64,000 nt of DNA from Trypanosoma brucei (Eukaryota). Position 1 is the stretch's first letter, and each line of letters opens with the position of its first letter. A program made the translations under genes and the position numbers. A model generated the notes under the pieces. It searched no databases. It was not told where the DNA came from and saw only the letters and a program-made list of their open reading frames with translations. The DNA lies in NCBI GenBank assembly GCA_000002445.1, contig CM000208.1, positions 3,296,001 through 3,360,000 on the forward strand. Direction: 5' to 3'. This document shows, one piece after another, positions 44,837-56,200 of the stretch.

Positions 44837-46815
44837 ACACAAGACTCCCTCTTCTTACCCTTTCGCTTGTGCAGTATATACCTTTCCTATTATTTTGGCA
44901 GTGTAGTCGATGTAAACCTTATTTTTATAACCTTACTAATGCAAAAAGTATAAACACAAAGGCATGTAAAATAGAATGCCACAGAAAACCCCCGCCCAAT
45001 GCGGCTACAAGTAAGAAACTTTGTTTGACCTGCAAAATGTTTGGTAGGCACCTCATACTGACTGTGTGCCCACCTTTCGGGTGGCCCGTGGATGCTCCGT
45101 CAACTGCGAAAGAAGAGTAGAAAGCAAGAAACCGTTCGTTGTCCACACAAACGTTCAGCCACTTCTGTAGGTTTCATTTCACATAGACGCGCTTTCCTGG
45201 CAACAACCATATTGCACATATTGTGTGTGTGTGTGTGGGTATATGATCCTCGATAGCCATCCACAAATAACAAACCTAAGAGAGGTACACGGAACGGTGC
45301 GACAGGGCGAAAATTGAAGGCTGGACCAAGACCCCACGCACGCACTTTCCACCAAAAGAACAGCGGATCACCGTCAACTGAGCGAGTCATCGATTGACAG
45401 TCGTCACGATCCCCTGTTCTACGCACATCAGGCTATGCTACTATCGATAGAGTAAGAGAGACTGACCTCCAATAACAAAAGAAAGAGGGACCCGCCACCA
45501 CACCACACCTCTTAACAGCGGCTGCCAGTCCTCACTCCCCTTCCTAACATACGATCCCCGTTGGCATCTTCGTGGCCTGCGGACGCAAAGTTAACATCCC
45601 ATAAACGTAACCGTCCACTCCAAGGGTGAAAAAACTTAGAGCAGTCACACCACAAAAAAAAAAAATAGCAGGAGTAACTACAGCTGCTCTGCACAAGCTG
45701 GATGCCAACGCAAACGGGGGATCGGAGGGACACACGTGACGCAACGCGGTGGGGTCTCCGCACTGAGGGCTAAAAGAACAAATCTAATCCAACAGCAGCC
45801 TCACCCCGCCAGGAGTTGTGCTTGCTGACTCACCGCAACTTTAATATTTTGTGCTTCCACTGCTGCTGTCCAGCGGCAGAGGCTCCCGAATGCGGTTCAC
45901 ACTTCTGGCTTGTGTCCCTTGCCATATAGTGCCGAGACTTCCACCACAATGCGTTTACCACCGCGGAGACGGGCAAGCGCATCCACACATATGGTGAACC
46001 AGCCGAGGAAACATCAAACAGGTTTAATCCCAGCGGAAAACTACGGAAACCATGACATCACGGATGATATACATCGTGACCGTATGTAATGTACACTATC
46101 TTTATTTGTGCTTGTGGGGAACATTATTCTTTGGTCCCTGTGAAGCTGAAAGCGGAAACTATGGAAACCAGGTGCACGTCAATAAAAACAGCATCATACT
46201 CACATATATGACGACTGCGACATCACATTCAAACGGGAAACAGCACAGCCCGCGAGTCTGAGACGACTTCCCCAGCTGCACGTCGCTGGGTCACGTGAAA
46301 AATGGAACAAAGTCAATTGTTTCCTCTATATTGATATCCCCATCGCACACGTGCAGGCAGATCCTTCATTTATCATCAAAATAAAAAGTCCGAAAATGAT
46401 GTAAAAGGGGGAACAGCAGTTCAAAAAAAGAAAAAAGAGATGTGCACTGTAATGCAATCGCCGTGTACCATCCCTGCAATGTCTTGTGGTGCAAGTAAAT
46501 TTTTTCATCACGAAAAAAGCATACTGTACATGACGACTTCAAAACATCCATATTCCCCCTCCCTGTGCCTCCTTCCCGCTCCCCGCGCTCCTGGTGGAGC
46601 ACTTGCGTCACCAAATTCTTTCTGCAAATCCCACTTATCCCTCTACTGATCAGTGTAAGAAGCGCAGAAAAGGAATTTCGTGGGGCCAGTGACTACATAC
46701 CAAAGGAAGCACAGAGTTTGAATAGAAAAATGGACACCGCGTAAAGTGTGGTTTACAGTGTGGAGGTAGTAATGCATTGTAGAAAACGACCTTGTCGCCG
46801 ATACCGCCATGTTAC

Positions 46816-48207
46816 CTAAAAGTCGTCACTGTCATCGTCGTCGTCATCTTCGGACTTCTTGTCACTTTGAGAATCGTTCTCGTCCTCGTCTTCGTCATCG
46901 TCAAAAGAAGAGTACGAGCCATCCAGAGCGTCTCCAGTGGCCGCGGCGGGGGCTGGAACGGCATCATCCTTACGCGAATGAGGGGTTGTAGGAGCTGACG
47001 AATCGGACCTTGAAGCCGATTCAGGAGGGGTTGCCTCCTTGCCGCGTTCGGGACTGCTGCTTTCTTTGTTCCCCGTCCATTCTTCTGCACCCGTTTTTAT
47101 GTTGTAGCTTTTGTTATGTCCTGACTCGGAGCTGGCCGCTGGCCCAAGGCGGCCAGCGAGGAAATCTTCGATTTCCTGCGGACAGTCCGGTTTCCCCTTT
47201 TCACCACAAAGGTCTTTCATACAAAGGCCGTGGCCCTTATACGTAACAGTAAAATGGGGTTTAGGAAGCTTGGGATCATCCTCAGTGAAATCGTAAACGT
47301 GCACGAAGCGGTTCGTTTTGGGGTCGAGACGGGCTGACTTGAAACTGGCTTGGAGACCGGGGAGCCTTATGTAGAAAGGCTTAAAATTAATATGATGGCT
47401 TGACTCCACGACAGGGTCCGTTGTTGCGAAGATGTGCAGGGTTATATATTCACAGTCGCGAGTGCGTAGTTGTTTGCAGGCCACATGAACTGTCATATTT
47501 TTACAATTCCGGAGGAATACACTGCCTTCGCAAGCGGCAATGATGAGCTCGCCACCCTCGCAATCATCCACAGTTATGCTGTCCAGCGGATCCAGAACAT
47601 AAACAGTGCAGTTTGTGAGGTACTCCAACTGTACTTGCTGACCACTCACTTGCCCTCCGGACCGATAAAATGTTCGACCAGACCACTTAGAAATAAAGTA
47701 AGTGGTATCTTCACCATCTTCAGTTTTAGTCTGAGCAACAGGGGCGCGAGGGACAGGCGCTGATTCTGGGGTAGTGGTAGGTAAACCAATATTGTCCTTG
47801 GAGACCCCGCTATTGGCACCCGCCGCGCCCGGTGCCCCCATAATCGTCGTCAGGATGGGACCAGAACCCTCAGGGAGTCCTAGCTCGCGAACAATGTCCT
47901 GGCGGCTTTGTAGTGCACACTCAGTTAAAGCAGCCTCTTGCTTCAGAACGCTCAGTGTGTAATTCAGTCCCATGTGCTCCAAATATTCCATAACAACAGA
48001 AAGCGACTGGCGGCCCTTCGCAGACTCTTTCTCGGCCTTGAGACGTGGTGTGGGAGAAAACAGCCTGGATTTTATGTTCGGGTCCTCGGAAAGTGTCTTC
48101 AAAGCAGTGTCCACTATCATGGCACGCATCCTGGCCAGTTCACCCGACACCTCTAGCTTCTTTCGAAGGAACTCCTCCGTAACAACTTCCTTCGCTTGGT
48201 AGGTCAT
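46816..48207 (-). CDS. RP2: RP2-like TBCC-domain protein with N-terminal TOF/LisH motif and acidic C-terminal tail
   Basis: ATG confirmed. N-terminal LisH-like SVVMEYLEHMGLNYTLSVLKQEA. Central TBCC/C-CAP beta-helix (LTNCTVYVLDPLDSITVDDCEGGELIIAACEGSVFLRNCKNMTVHVACKQLRTRDCEYITLHIF). C-terminal poly-D/E tail. This architecture matches the basal-body RP2 I recall being described in T. brucei adjacent to aconitase. Confidence 0.75.
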   Translation of the reverse strand: MTYQAKEVVTEEFLRKKLEVSGELARMRAMIVDTALKTLSEDPNIKSRLFSPTPRLKAEKESAKGRQSLSVVMEYLEHMGLNYTLSVLKQEAALTECALQSRQDIVRELGLPEGSGPILTTIMGAPGAAGANSGVSKDNIGLPTTTPESAPVPRAPVAQTKTEDGEDTTYFISKWSGRTFYRSGGQVSGQQVQLEYLTNCTVYVLDPLDSITVDDCEGGELIIAACEGSVFLRNCKNMTVHVACKQLRTRDCEYITLHIFATTDPVVESSHHINFKPFYIRLPGLQASFKSARLDPKTNRFVHVYDFTEDDPKLPKPHFTVTYKGHGLCMKDLCGEKGKPDCPQEIEDFLAGRLGPAASSESGHNKSYNIKTGAEEWTGNKESSSPERGKEATPPESASRSDSSAPTTPHSRKDDAVPAPAAATGDALDGSYSSFDDDEDEDENDSQSDKKSEDDDDDDSDDF

Positions 48208-48555
48208 AGCGTATGTCGGTTGGTAAGTGAACGCACTACTTCAGCGACGTCAAGAGAATACCTTGAACAAATTTAAAACAGCTGGAGAAGAGGGGCAACT
48301 TTTGCACCGGTAGATGTTAGCAGCATAAGTTCATTAGTGAAGGCAAGAAGAGAACTATATGGCGGACAAAAATGACGGCAGGGGCGTCGGAAGTGAGAAC
48401 CTTACGACGAGTTTTACTTCCTTGTTCTGTAATCCCACCACTTAGGAAATGGCGCAATACAACATACATTCCACAGTGCACCCTGGTCACACGCACGTAC
48501 GAACGTGATTGACCTCGCAGAAACGGGCTTCCGCGGTTAAAGCACCTAAATTGCT

Positions 48556-49845
48556 TCATTCATACTGTTCAGTGGGTGTTAAGATCTCTCCGCCAGCAAT
48601 CCTCGATATGACATATCGAGACCGATGATCAAGTTTGTCAGGATCATAGTCGTACTGAAAAATTAGAAGCACAACGGAGAAAAGGTACAACATGAATATG
48701 GAGCTTTGACGTGGATACGGTAGCCTCCCAAATTGACATTGAGTCAAAACAAACGATCGGATGGCATATATGAGACAGTAAAACGCCAAATCTGCTCGCC
48801 TCCCTTTAGGCTCAATAAGCGTACTTATCCCCGCAAGTGAGCTAGCAATTGCAAACAAAAGACCACCACGTATGTTCCTCTGCGCTGCAAGGCAAGCGTA
48901 CCTGGTGCTGCAAACCGAATACAGAGCCAAGAACAATGTACTGAAAAACACCGACCGAGCAGCCCGGCACAGTGACTGCAATGGTTTGCGTATCAACTTT
49001 TTGTACTGGACGACGATAGTGGCCACCTTTAGTGGTAGATACAATGGTAGACCGACTTGAACCATATTTTTACAGAAGAGCATAAAACAAAATTGATTGC
49101 ATGTCAAACCCTCGTGGGCGTAGGAACAACAGACACTAAGGTGTTCGCTGGGGTCATGAGGAAGCCTGCGTCCCCTTTCGACGCACAACTCAACAAGTTC
49201 AGGTGAAATTTGGTGTCGTGTAAGCCCCGCATAACTCCGAACCACGCGCTCGTCGAGCATTGATGTTTTAGACAGAAAGCTCAGGTATGAAGGTGGCATT
49301 GTGTATGGTGCAAACACGAACCCGTAAAGTATTTGCGACGCGCTAAGGCACATTACTACAATATCATAGTGCTCGAAATCTCTGAACACCTTAGGAAACA
49401 GAGGCAAAACACAGCTTGTCCCTACTACCTGAAGAGCCCGGACGAGAACATGGAGACAAAGTTCGACCCTTGTTCCTCTCTCCATTACCATAACTGGTAG
49501 AACAGATATAAAGCCCGCGACTACATAGGAGAATTTCTCGGGTATCGACAAATGGGAACATAGTTTCGATGCAATGTGCTTCAAAAGTCGAAAACAAGAT
49601 AGTCCCGCCGAAAGGAATGCCCATTTGAGAGGATCAGCGGATAGAACCTCTCTTAAAAATACTTTGTGTACGCCGGTCCGCAGGCCGCTCTTCAATAAAC
49701 CGGTTACCACACCAAAGGCGAGTCGTCCCGCAGCCGCATACAGGGCATTTCGGGACGCAGTAGATACTGTGCGTTTAAGTCCACTTACCACCAAAGCTCG
49801 GTCATCCCTTTTAGCTCCGTATGGGGAACAGTCCGCTTCTGCCAT
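48556..49845 (-). CDS. multi-pass transmembrane protein (tentatively TMEM135-like)
   Basis: ATG confirmed. About 8 hydrophobic helices. VLPVMVMERGTRVELCLHVLVRAL resembles the TMEM135/Tim17-like ILVERKSRRGLLTIYMANLA segment from memory. The family assignment is tentative. Confidence 0.55.
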   Translation of the reverse strand: MAEADCSPYGAKRDDRALVVSGLKRTVSTASRNALYAAAGRLAFGVVTGLLKSGLRTGVHKVFLREVLSADPLKWAFLSAGLSCFRLLKHIASKLCSHLSIPEKFSYVVAGFISVLPVMVMERGTRVELCLHVLVRALQVVGTSCVLPLFPKVFRDFEHYDIVVMCLSASQILYGFVFAPYTMPPSYLSFLSKTSMLDERVVRSYAGLTRHQISPELVELCVERGRRLPHDPSEHLSVCCSYAHEGLTCNQFCFMLFCKNMVQVGLPLYLPLKVATIVVQYKKLIRKPLQSLCRAARSVFFSTLFLALYSVCSTRYACLAAQRNIRGGLLFAIASSLAGISTLIEPKGRRADLAFYCLIYAIRSFVLTQCQFGRLPYPRQSSIFMLYLFSVVLLIFQYDYDPDKLDHRSRYVISRIAGGEILTPTEQYE

Positions 49846-50095
49846 TTTTCAGTGACACTAGAAAATGACTTTCAAATAGAGTGAAACGATCCAGAGAACG
49901 TCAGGACTATTTGACAAACAACAGTGACACCGGAATGCACCTAATAAAAATGAAAGCGGAAGGAAAGGGGGGTATAGTTAGAATAACAAAGAAGGGTCAC
50001 ACGCCACAGCCACATTTAGAAAATGTGATAGCAACTTTGAAAATACGGAACCGAACCCTGATATTTTTTTTAAAAAAAAAGGAATAATAATAAAA

Positions 50096-51445
50096 CTACC
50101 AGAAAAACGCTTGTTTTTCTAAATCGACCAAATCTGGGTCGACTTCTCGCACAACAATCATTTCACCGTCTTCGGATAACCTAGAAACAGCAATTTTAAT
50201 GTTCTCTTCATCGGTATTCTGGAATTTCAAAAGTCTCTCCTGTTCCCGCCTAAGTTTCTCCTCCCTTTCCTTTTGCTTTTTTTCTTCCAAGTCTCTCAGA
50301 TATTTAAGCCTCGCTTCCTCTCTCTGTTTAGCCTCCTCCTCGAGTTTTCGCAATTCCGCAAGCCTTTCATTTTTCTCCTCTGTGTCATCAATGAGCAGAG
50401 TAAGTCCGACAACAGTTTTCCGCTTCGTGGTAGTGGAAACAAAACCAAACAATGCAGTCATGTTGCCTTCGCGAGTTCTCATAAGTGCAATGTGAGAGGT
50501 TGTCAAGCAAGGTAGCTCATTATCGCACCCCAAAGTAAAATTGTCCGGTATCTGGCTTGCATTTGTCACATTCTTGTACAAATCTACAAGTGAAACAGAC
50601 TTCACCTTCGGCTTCCCCTCCACTAACCCTGCCAATTCCAACAAACCGGATTTATTAGTGATACCGCTTTCAATGGAAATACCATTTCCAACAGCGAGCG
50701 CTGCAGGTCTACTCTCTGTGTCCACGTAGTGTACGGAACCCCACCATCTGCCTTGATACCCGGAGGAAACGACGTAATGGTGACTTGAGTTATAAGTCGA
50801 TACCATCAACCTGTTCCGACCCCTCAACATGAGTTCCGCGTTATCGAGGGGATCTAAGGGTATCTTGCTTCGAACACTCCATATATATCCATCATCTGAC
50901 TGAAACAACACGTGAACCAAGGAGGTGTTTCTTTTCACGACAGCATTCATTAAATAGATTTGGTCATCAGTTAGGAAAAGGGTGTTTCCTCTGAACTCGA
51001 TATCTGTCACTTCCTCCCCAGGTATGTAAGAAAACGTCATTGTTGTGTTTTCTTCGTTTTCTAAAAGCGAAACATTTCCCTTGTATGACACAACTGTTAT
51101 GTTGATTACATTCTGACTTACGTTATCAACTTTTAAGGGACAGTGCAAAGTGCCTCCAACAACGACACCTCGATGAGCACAAAAAGGGTATTTCGTTTGC
51201 TGGACCGAGAAACTTTTACCACCATCAAAAGTGCATACCGCTGTGAGTTGGTGCTTACACTCGGCGCACGGCTCCTGATAGGCCTGAGCACAGATTACAC
51301 CCTCCTGTAGCGTGACAGCACCCGATGGCATCCATAAGCCATTTCCTGTGCTAAGGTGGGTCACATTTAGAGGCAAAACCTCAAATGATTGCGACTCGGT
51401 AGCCATCAGCAGGAAAGCTAAAAGAAGAAAAGTGAGGCTGAGCAT
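50096..51445 (-). CDS. hypothetical secreted/lumenal glycoprotein with C-terminal charged coiled-coil
   Basis: ATG confirmed. N-terminal signal peptide (MLSLTFLLLAFLLMATESQS). At least 12 N-x-S/T sequons. C-terminal KKQKEREEKLRREQERLLKF charged helix. No convincing transmembrane segment. Confidence 0.55.
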   Translation of the reverse strand: MLSLTFLLLAFLLMATESQSFEVLPLNVTHLSTGNGLWMPSGAVTLQEGVICAQAYQEPCAECKHQLTAVCTFDGGKSFSVQQTKYPFCAHRGVVVGGTLHCPLKVDNVSQNVINITVVSYKGNVSLLENEENTTMTFSYIPGEEVTDIEFRGNTLFLTDDQIYLMNAVVKRNTSLVHVLFQSDDGYIWSVRSKIPLDPLDNAELMLRGRNRLMVSTYNSSHHYVVSSGYQGRWWGSVHYVDTESRPAALAVGNGISIESGITNKSGLLELAGLVEGKPKVKSVSLVDLYKNVTNASQIPDNFTLGCDNELPCLTTSHIALMRTREGNMTALFGFVSTTTKRKTVVGLTLLIDDTEEKNERLAELRKLEEEAKQREEARLKYLRDLEEKKQKEREEKLRREQERLLKFQNTDEENIKIAVSRLSEDGEMIVVREVDPDLVDLEKQAFFW

Positions 51446-51760
51446 TTCCTTTAACTACGCTTATTATGATTGGATTCTAATGCTCCTCTTCAGCCCGTGC
51501 ACCTCGAAGAAGCTACTGCAGCTTTTTTTTTAAAAAAAAAGAGAGAGTACAAATAAAACAGTGAGCACTGATTCCAGTAAGCAAAACCATTTGTTAAGGT
51601 CCAACAACGCCAAGCCCGTACGGAACATCACCGAAAGAGGAGCACTACCAACAGCATATATACGCACACATATATATGCGTGTTTCCGAAAAACAAAAAA
51701 AGAGAGCAAGAGCCGTATGTACCGCAATAAATAAAACCCGACTCGTAATGTCTGTACCTC

Positions 51761-52903
51761 CTAACACCTTTGCAAATTGGTCATCTTAATAGAAACATAC
51801 GGGTATTCGTATTGCAGGGACCCGTCTTCCACAGAAGAAGTGTTTGAAAAAGGAACACTCAAATCAGGGTACAGCTGTGATATTTTCTTTCTTATTTCTG
51901 CTTCCTTTCTCTTGTCAACCTGTAGGAATATCGATATGCATCGTGGAGGCAGCCCATATTTCAATAAACTTTCCACAAAAAGTCTCACCGCCTTTAGGTG
52001 AACCCAAGCAACATAGCAACCAGTGTACCTTTGACGAAGTACCAAGCCGAAATTTTTCTTCTCGCTTTCGGCTCTTTTAATAAAATCGTTTAGATCCCTT
52101 ATCGACGGTTCGTCGGCTGCATCCGAATCTCGTACAATATACCTCCTCTTCCGGCACGCCAGCTTCACATCCTCCAACACTCGACGAAAGACGACGATGC
52201 TGTTTAGCACAAACTCGCTATCCTCTGCAATGATACAGTTCGAATCGGGGCAAACGAAATCGTTGAGGGACCAATATTCATTTAGCCACTCTCTCTTCGA
52301 ACTTAAGGGCACTGCGACGAAGAGGTTAGTGAGCAATTCAGTATCAACAATGAAGGGATGGCTCCGGTTTTTCATAGTCACCAGTTCCCTAATAGGTTTG
52401 ACCGAGAGATTGCCCTGAGCTTTTCTTGTCACAGTAGTTAATTTGTTCCGCGTTTCATTATACTTCGTCATCACCAGACGAACACCTTCCTCGGTTGTTG
52501 CGAAATAATTTGCAAACTTTTCCACCAGGCCCAAAATACTTTCATTGCTGTCAAACTGTGCTGAACTCCACTGAAACCCTTTGACGAATGCTGCTGGGGT
52601 CATCTCCTGTGTTTGGTTGAATCGTAAGGTCGCAACGACATCACGTGGCTCTTCACATATCTCTTGCATTATCGTAATCTGCTTTTCCAAGCTGTTCTCC
52701 ACCTGTAAATCCAGTTTTGCCAGCTCGTCACTTGCTTCAATGAGAGAGTCAAGTGTTCCTACCTTAAAGTTCGGGACAGCGAATGAACAAACGTCCTTTC
52801 CCGCAGCCCCAAGGAGGGATACGAGGTTTTTGTATTGAAACGCGAAGGAGTCCGCTCCTGTCGGAAGGAAAGGAAGCCCCAAAAGGAGAAAGTGCTCCGA
52901 CAT
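51761..52903 (-). CDS. V-type H+-ATPase subunit C
   Basis: [29 protein letters not shown] and [25 protein letters not shown] align with V1 subunit C (human ATP6V1C1 [23 protein letters not shown] ... [23 protein letters not shown]), compared from memory. The track start at 52918 is GTG; ATG at 52901-52903. Confidence 0.85.
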   Translation of the reverse strand: [380 protein letters not shown]

Positions 52904-53249
52904 TTTACACTGCTCCACCCCTATGCTTACCTAGAAATAAAGAACCGTAGTGTGTTTTCCAAACAGGAGTAGAAGGCGGCGAGCACTGACACACGAAAAA
53001 CAGGTAGCAATAATGCCGTAAAACGCCGACCAGTCCATAAGACTGTCGATTTCGAAATCCATGAGCAAAACTATCTTCAGACACAGTAAATGACACTGAC
53101 AGGAAGCCATCCGAAAGTAAAAAAAGTGAATGAGACTAAGATAAATAGAGTGCTAAACCCCCACGCGGTAGTTTAAAGAAAAAATAGGGGCTAGCGTGCG
53201 ATGCCAAAAGCTACAAACAAGCTGACAGACAAAAAAATGGAAACGAACA

Positions 53250-56200
53250 GGATGCGGACATACCCGTATTACACGAGGGGTCGCAGCACAACGATAAGCG
53301 GTGCACCCCAATTGGCCCATCATCCATTCCCTTTCTCTGCCTCCCACCCCCACTTCCTAACAGCAGGTTGTCCCACCCTAAGGCAACAGCACCCGCCCCG
53401 CGCACCCTCGCCAACCAGACCCGCATGGTACGCGTGCGAAAAGGCCCCACCGTAGAGGGAGCAAATCCATGCCTCCAGAGCACCATCAGCACGGCCGCCG
53501 ATTTCACGCACCCGAGAAGCGTTCGGGCTGCGCAGCTGCAAGTCCAACGGCGCAGGTCCCAGATGCTCCGCTCTCTCCTCCCCTTTCTAGAACCCCACAG
53601 CATTGACAGGGGCTCGCGGCTTCCACTGCGAGCGGGGGCATTCGGCACGGCACCGTTACCTACATGGGGGAGTTCTCTCCAATTGAAAAGGGTAATGGCG
53701 GGGGAGGGGGCCCTCTCCACTCAAAATAGGAATTAGGGTACCTCCCCGGCTGCCGCAGCATTATGTGGCGGGTCGCCCTCCAACTCGCGGTGGTGGCAAG
53801 AGCCTCTTCACAGTAGCAACGTGGCTTCTCTTCGCAAATGCCACCGCGGGCGCGCCCACGCCGGAAAGTCTAATGCATTGAAGGGCTTCCGGCTGCACAG
53901 AGACCCTTCCTGCACAAAAAGTACGTGGATTGTGGTTGCGACGTTCCGAAGGCGAAACCTCACGACGGCGACCCAGCGACGCTTCATGCTTACACAGAGT
54001 GAACGGGCACCTGCTTGCAGAGCTCAAATGGGTCACCGGAATTTTTTACACTTCTTGCAGCCCAGTGGGTGCTCGTTGCTCTTTAGTTTGTTACCTCCTT
54101 TTCCAAATTTCTTTCTCACGATTTGCGACGCCTTCCCCTTGCCCCGACTGCGTCCACCATTTCCGGCACCCATTTATTGCCCCTTGCCCATCCGGGCCCT
54201 CACCAAACACCACACCACCGTACTCTTCGTTTCTCCCCGGTTCTGACAGCGCAGGGCTTTGCTGCCGGCGCCTATTCAGCGAAGTTGCCTCTAGACTGGG
54301 AATGCGCCCTGGGCGCTTTTCTCTTCGGCACCCCGCAAGCGAGCATCCGCGGCATCCCCTTCTTCACGCTGAATTGGAACAATTCCACCCCGCTGGTTAA
54401 AAACCCGCACCCATCCTACCTGAATTACTTACCCATTGGCTGGTATTTGCGCCCCTCGAGCGTCTTTAATTTGAGGGCACCTCCTCATTCGTTACATGAA
54501 CAGCTCCCGCTACCAATAGGGTCTGCGCTCGCCGTTCCCGCTACTCTTTCGAGACCAAATTCGGCCTCACACACATATCGCCCGCAGCAGTTGCGGTGGT
54601 TCCCCTGCTTCCTACATGCCCAAGCGCCGCTTTTCTTCCCGACACGCTCCGTTCTGAAACATGTTTGAGCCCGCCGCGGCTGTTGGGTTCTACCAACCGC
54701 ATCCTATTCGATGCCCTGTACCCCTTCCATTTTCCTCCTGTTGCGATTCGGCAAAGTTCGAGGGAGGGAACGCATCATATTCCGTGCTTGGCGCAAGGCG
54801 TGGGTCAGCAAGCCATCAATCGAAAATTTGATGTGCGGCTCCAGCCCATCCTCAGCCCCCGGTCTGGTGGATGACGTTTTTCGTGTCGGAGGAGAGGCCC
54901 CTCAGGCTACACTCACCGGAGGGTGCATTTTTACGAAAATTGTATTTGGAACCGCCTCGTCCCCATGCTATGGTTAAGTTGGTGGTGAGCTTTCAGCCGT
55001 GAAACTGAATGCTCCACGGCGTCGTTGCACCGTAGCGGAGCCTCTGGCTTTTGTGCAGGGGTAGGCATCCCGTACCGGACGGGAGAAGCTGGCCATTACT
55101 AAATCTCCATCGGGTGCGGGGAAAAGCGGAACGGCAAACGTACTACGTTTGTCGTGTGGGTGGGGTGAGGAAACTGTACTCCAGTTTCGGACAGAAGGAA
55201 TTTGCAAGCATGAAGTGACGCTCCCCAACGGTAGATGGGCTTAGTTGATGGAAACGTGTCCCTTCCGCACTGGACTCCATACGCCCTCGCCCTCGCTAGC
55301 CGGCGCACGAAAGTCCATTCCATTGACAACTTGGTATGTGGAAAACCGCACTTCGGGGGAGGGGCGCAGTGGGAGGTACCCCTTCCGCTGCCCAATGGCG
55401 CCGAAGATGGGGAGGGACTTTCTGTTTGAGTTCCCCACCTACAGGAAGCAGTTGCGGCGGATGGCCAACAAGGGCCGCTTTCAAGTGCAGGAAGAAAAAT
55501 AATTCCCCCCGTCACACTCCGGAGGTGATGGCATTGGTGACCGACCTTGTTCCACTCGGTGGTGGACGCTCTGCCGCCCTCGAGAAGAAAATATTAGAGT
55601 GCGTGCATGCGATTCGCTTTCGGTAAGCACAAGCGGCAACGGAACTGGATCACAAGGTCGAATAAGTTTGGTACCCCCGAAGGCGGTTGCAACCTCAGAG
55701 TAGTTCCTTTTCGCTTCACTTTCTCCTTTTCCGTCGTTTGAGGGAAGGCGAACTTCCGCGACGGTTGGCGAGCAGAGTGGGGTCTACACTCATTCCCATA
55801 GTGCTTCCCCGACGCGCTGACAACGATCTACGGTGACACGGTGCTGCGCTTGCCAACAAACTAGGGTAAAGGAACTGTGCTTGAAAAATGATTGGCAACT
55901 AAAGGCTATTTTCCTAGAGGCCTCTTGCCGGAACTTGCGGGTGCGAAGTGGTGTGCAGTTGGCGGGATGAGCCCCCGGAAAAGGCGCACACTTCCAAGCA
56001 TGTCGTCCTTTTAGGCGCCGGCCTTGCGACCACACCCTCAAACGTTGCTCCGCGTTGTGCTTGTGCGCGTTTCGGTGACCTTGGTGGTCGTGATCTAAAC
56101 AAAAGTGTACAATAAGAGTAAATTCTGGCGTATGTTGAGTGTGCCGCTTCCAGCGCCTTTTTCATGCACTCTGGTGACGTTTTCCACCGCATCGGGAGTG

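Noticed and set aside
53600-53625. Short hairpin ctcgcggcttccactgcgag in the GC island
   Set aside because: A 5-bp stem is expected by chance in 65% GC sequence. It is not a credible terminator or RNA element by itself.
53821-54977. Chain of overlapping + strand ORFs (141-181 aa) in three frames inside the GC island
   Set aside because: They are Pro/Leu/Ser-rich (CCN/CTN codons), an artefact of the C-rich strand. The frames interleave with no consistent reading frame and there are no domain motifs.
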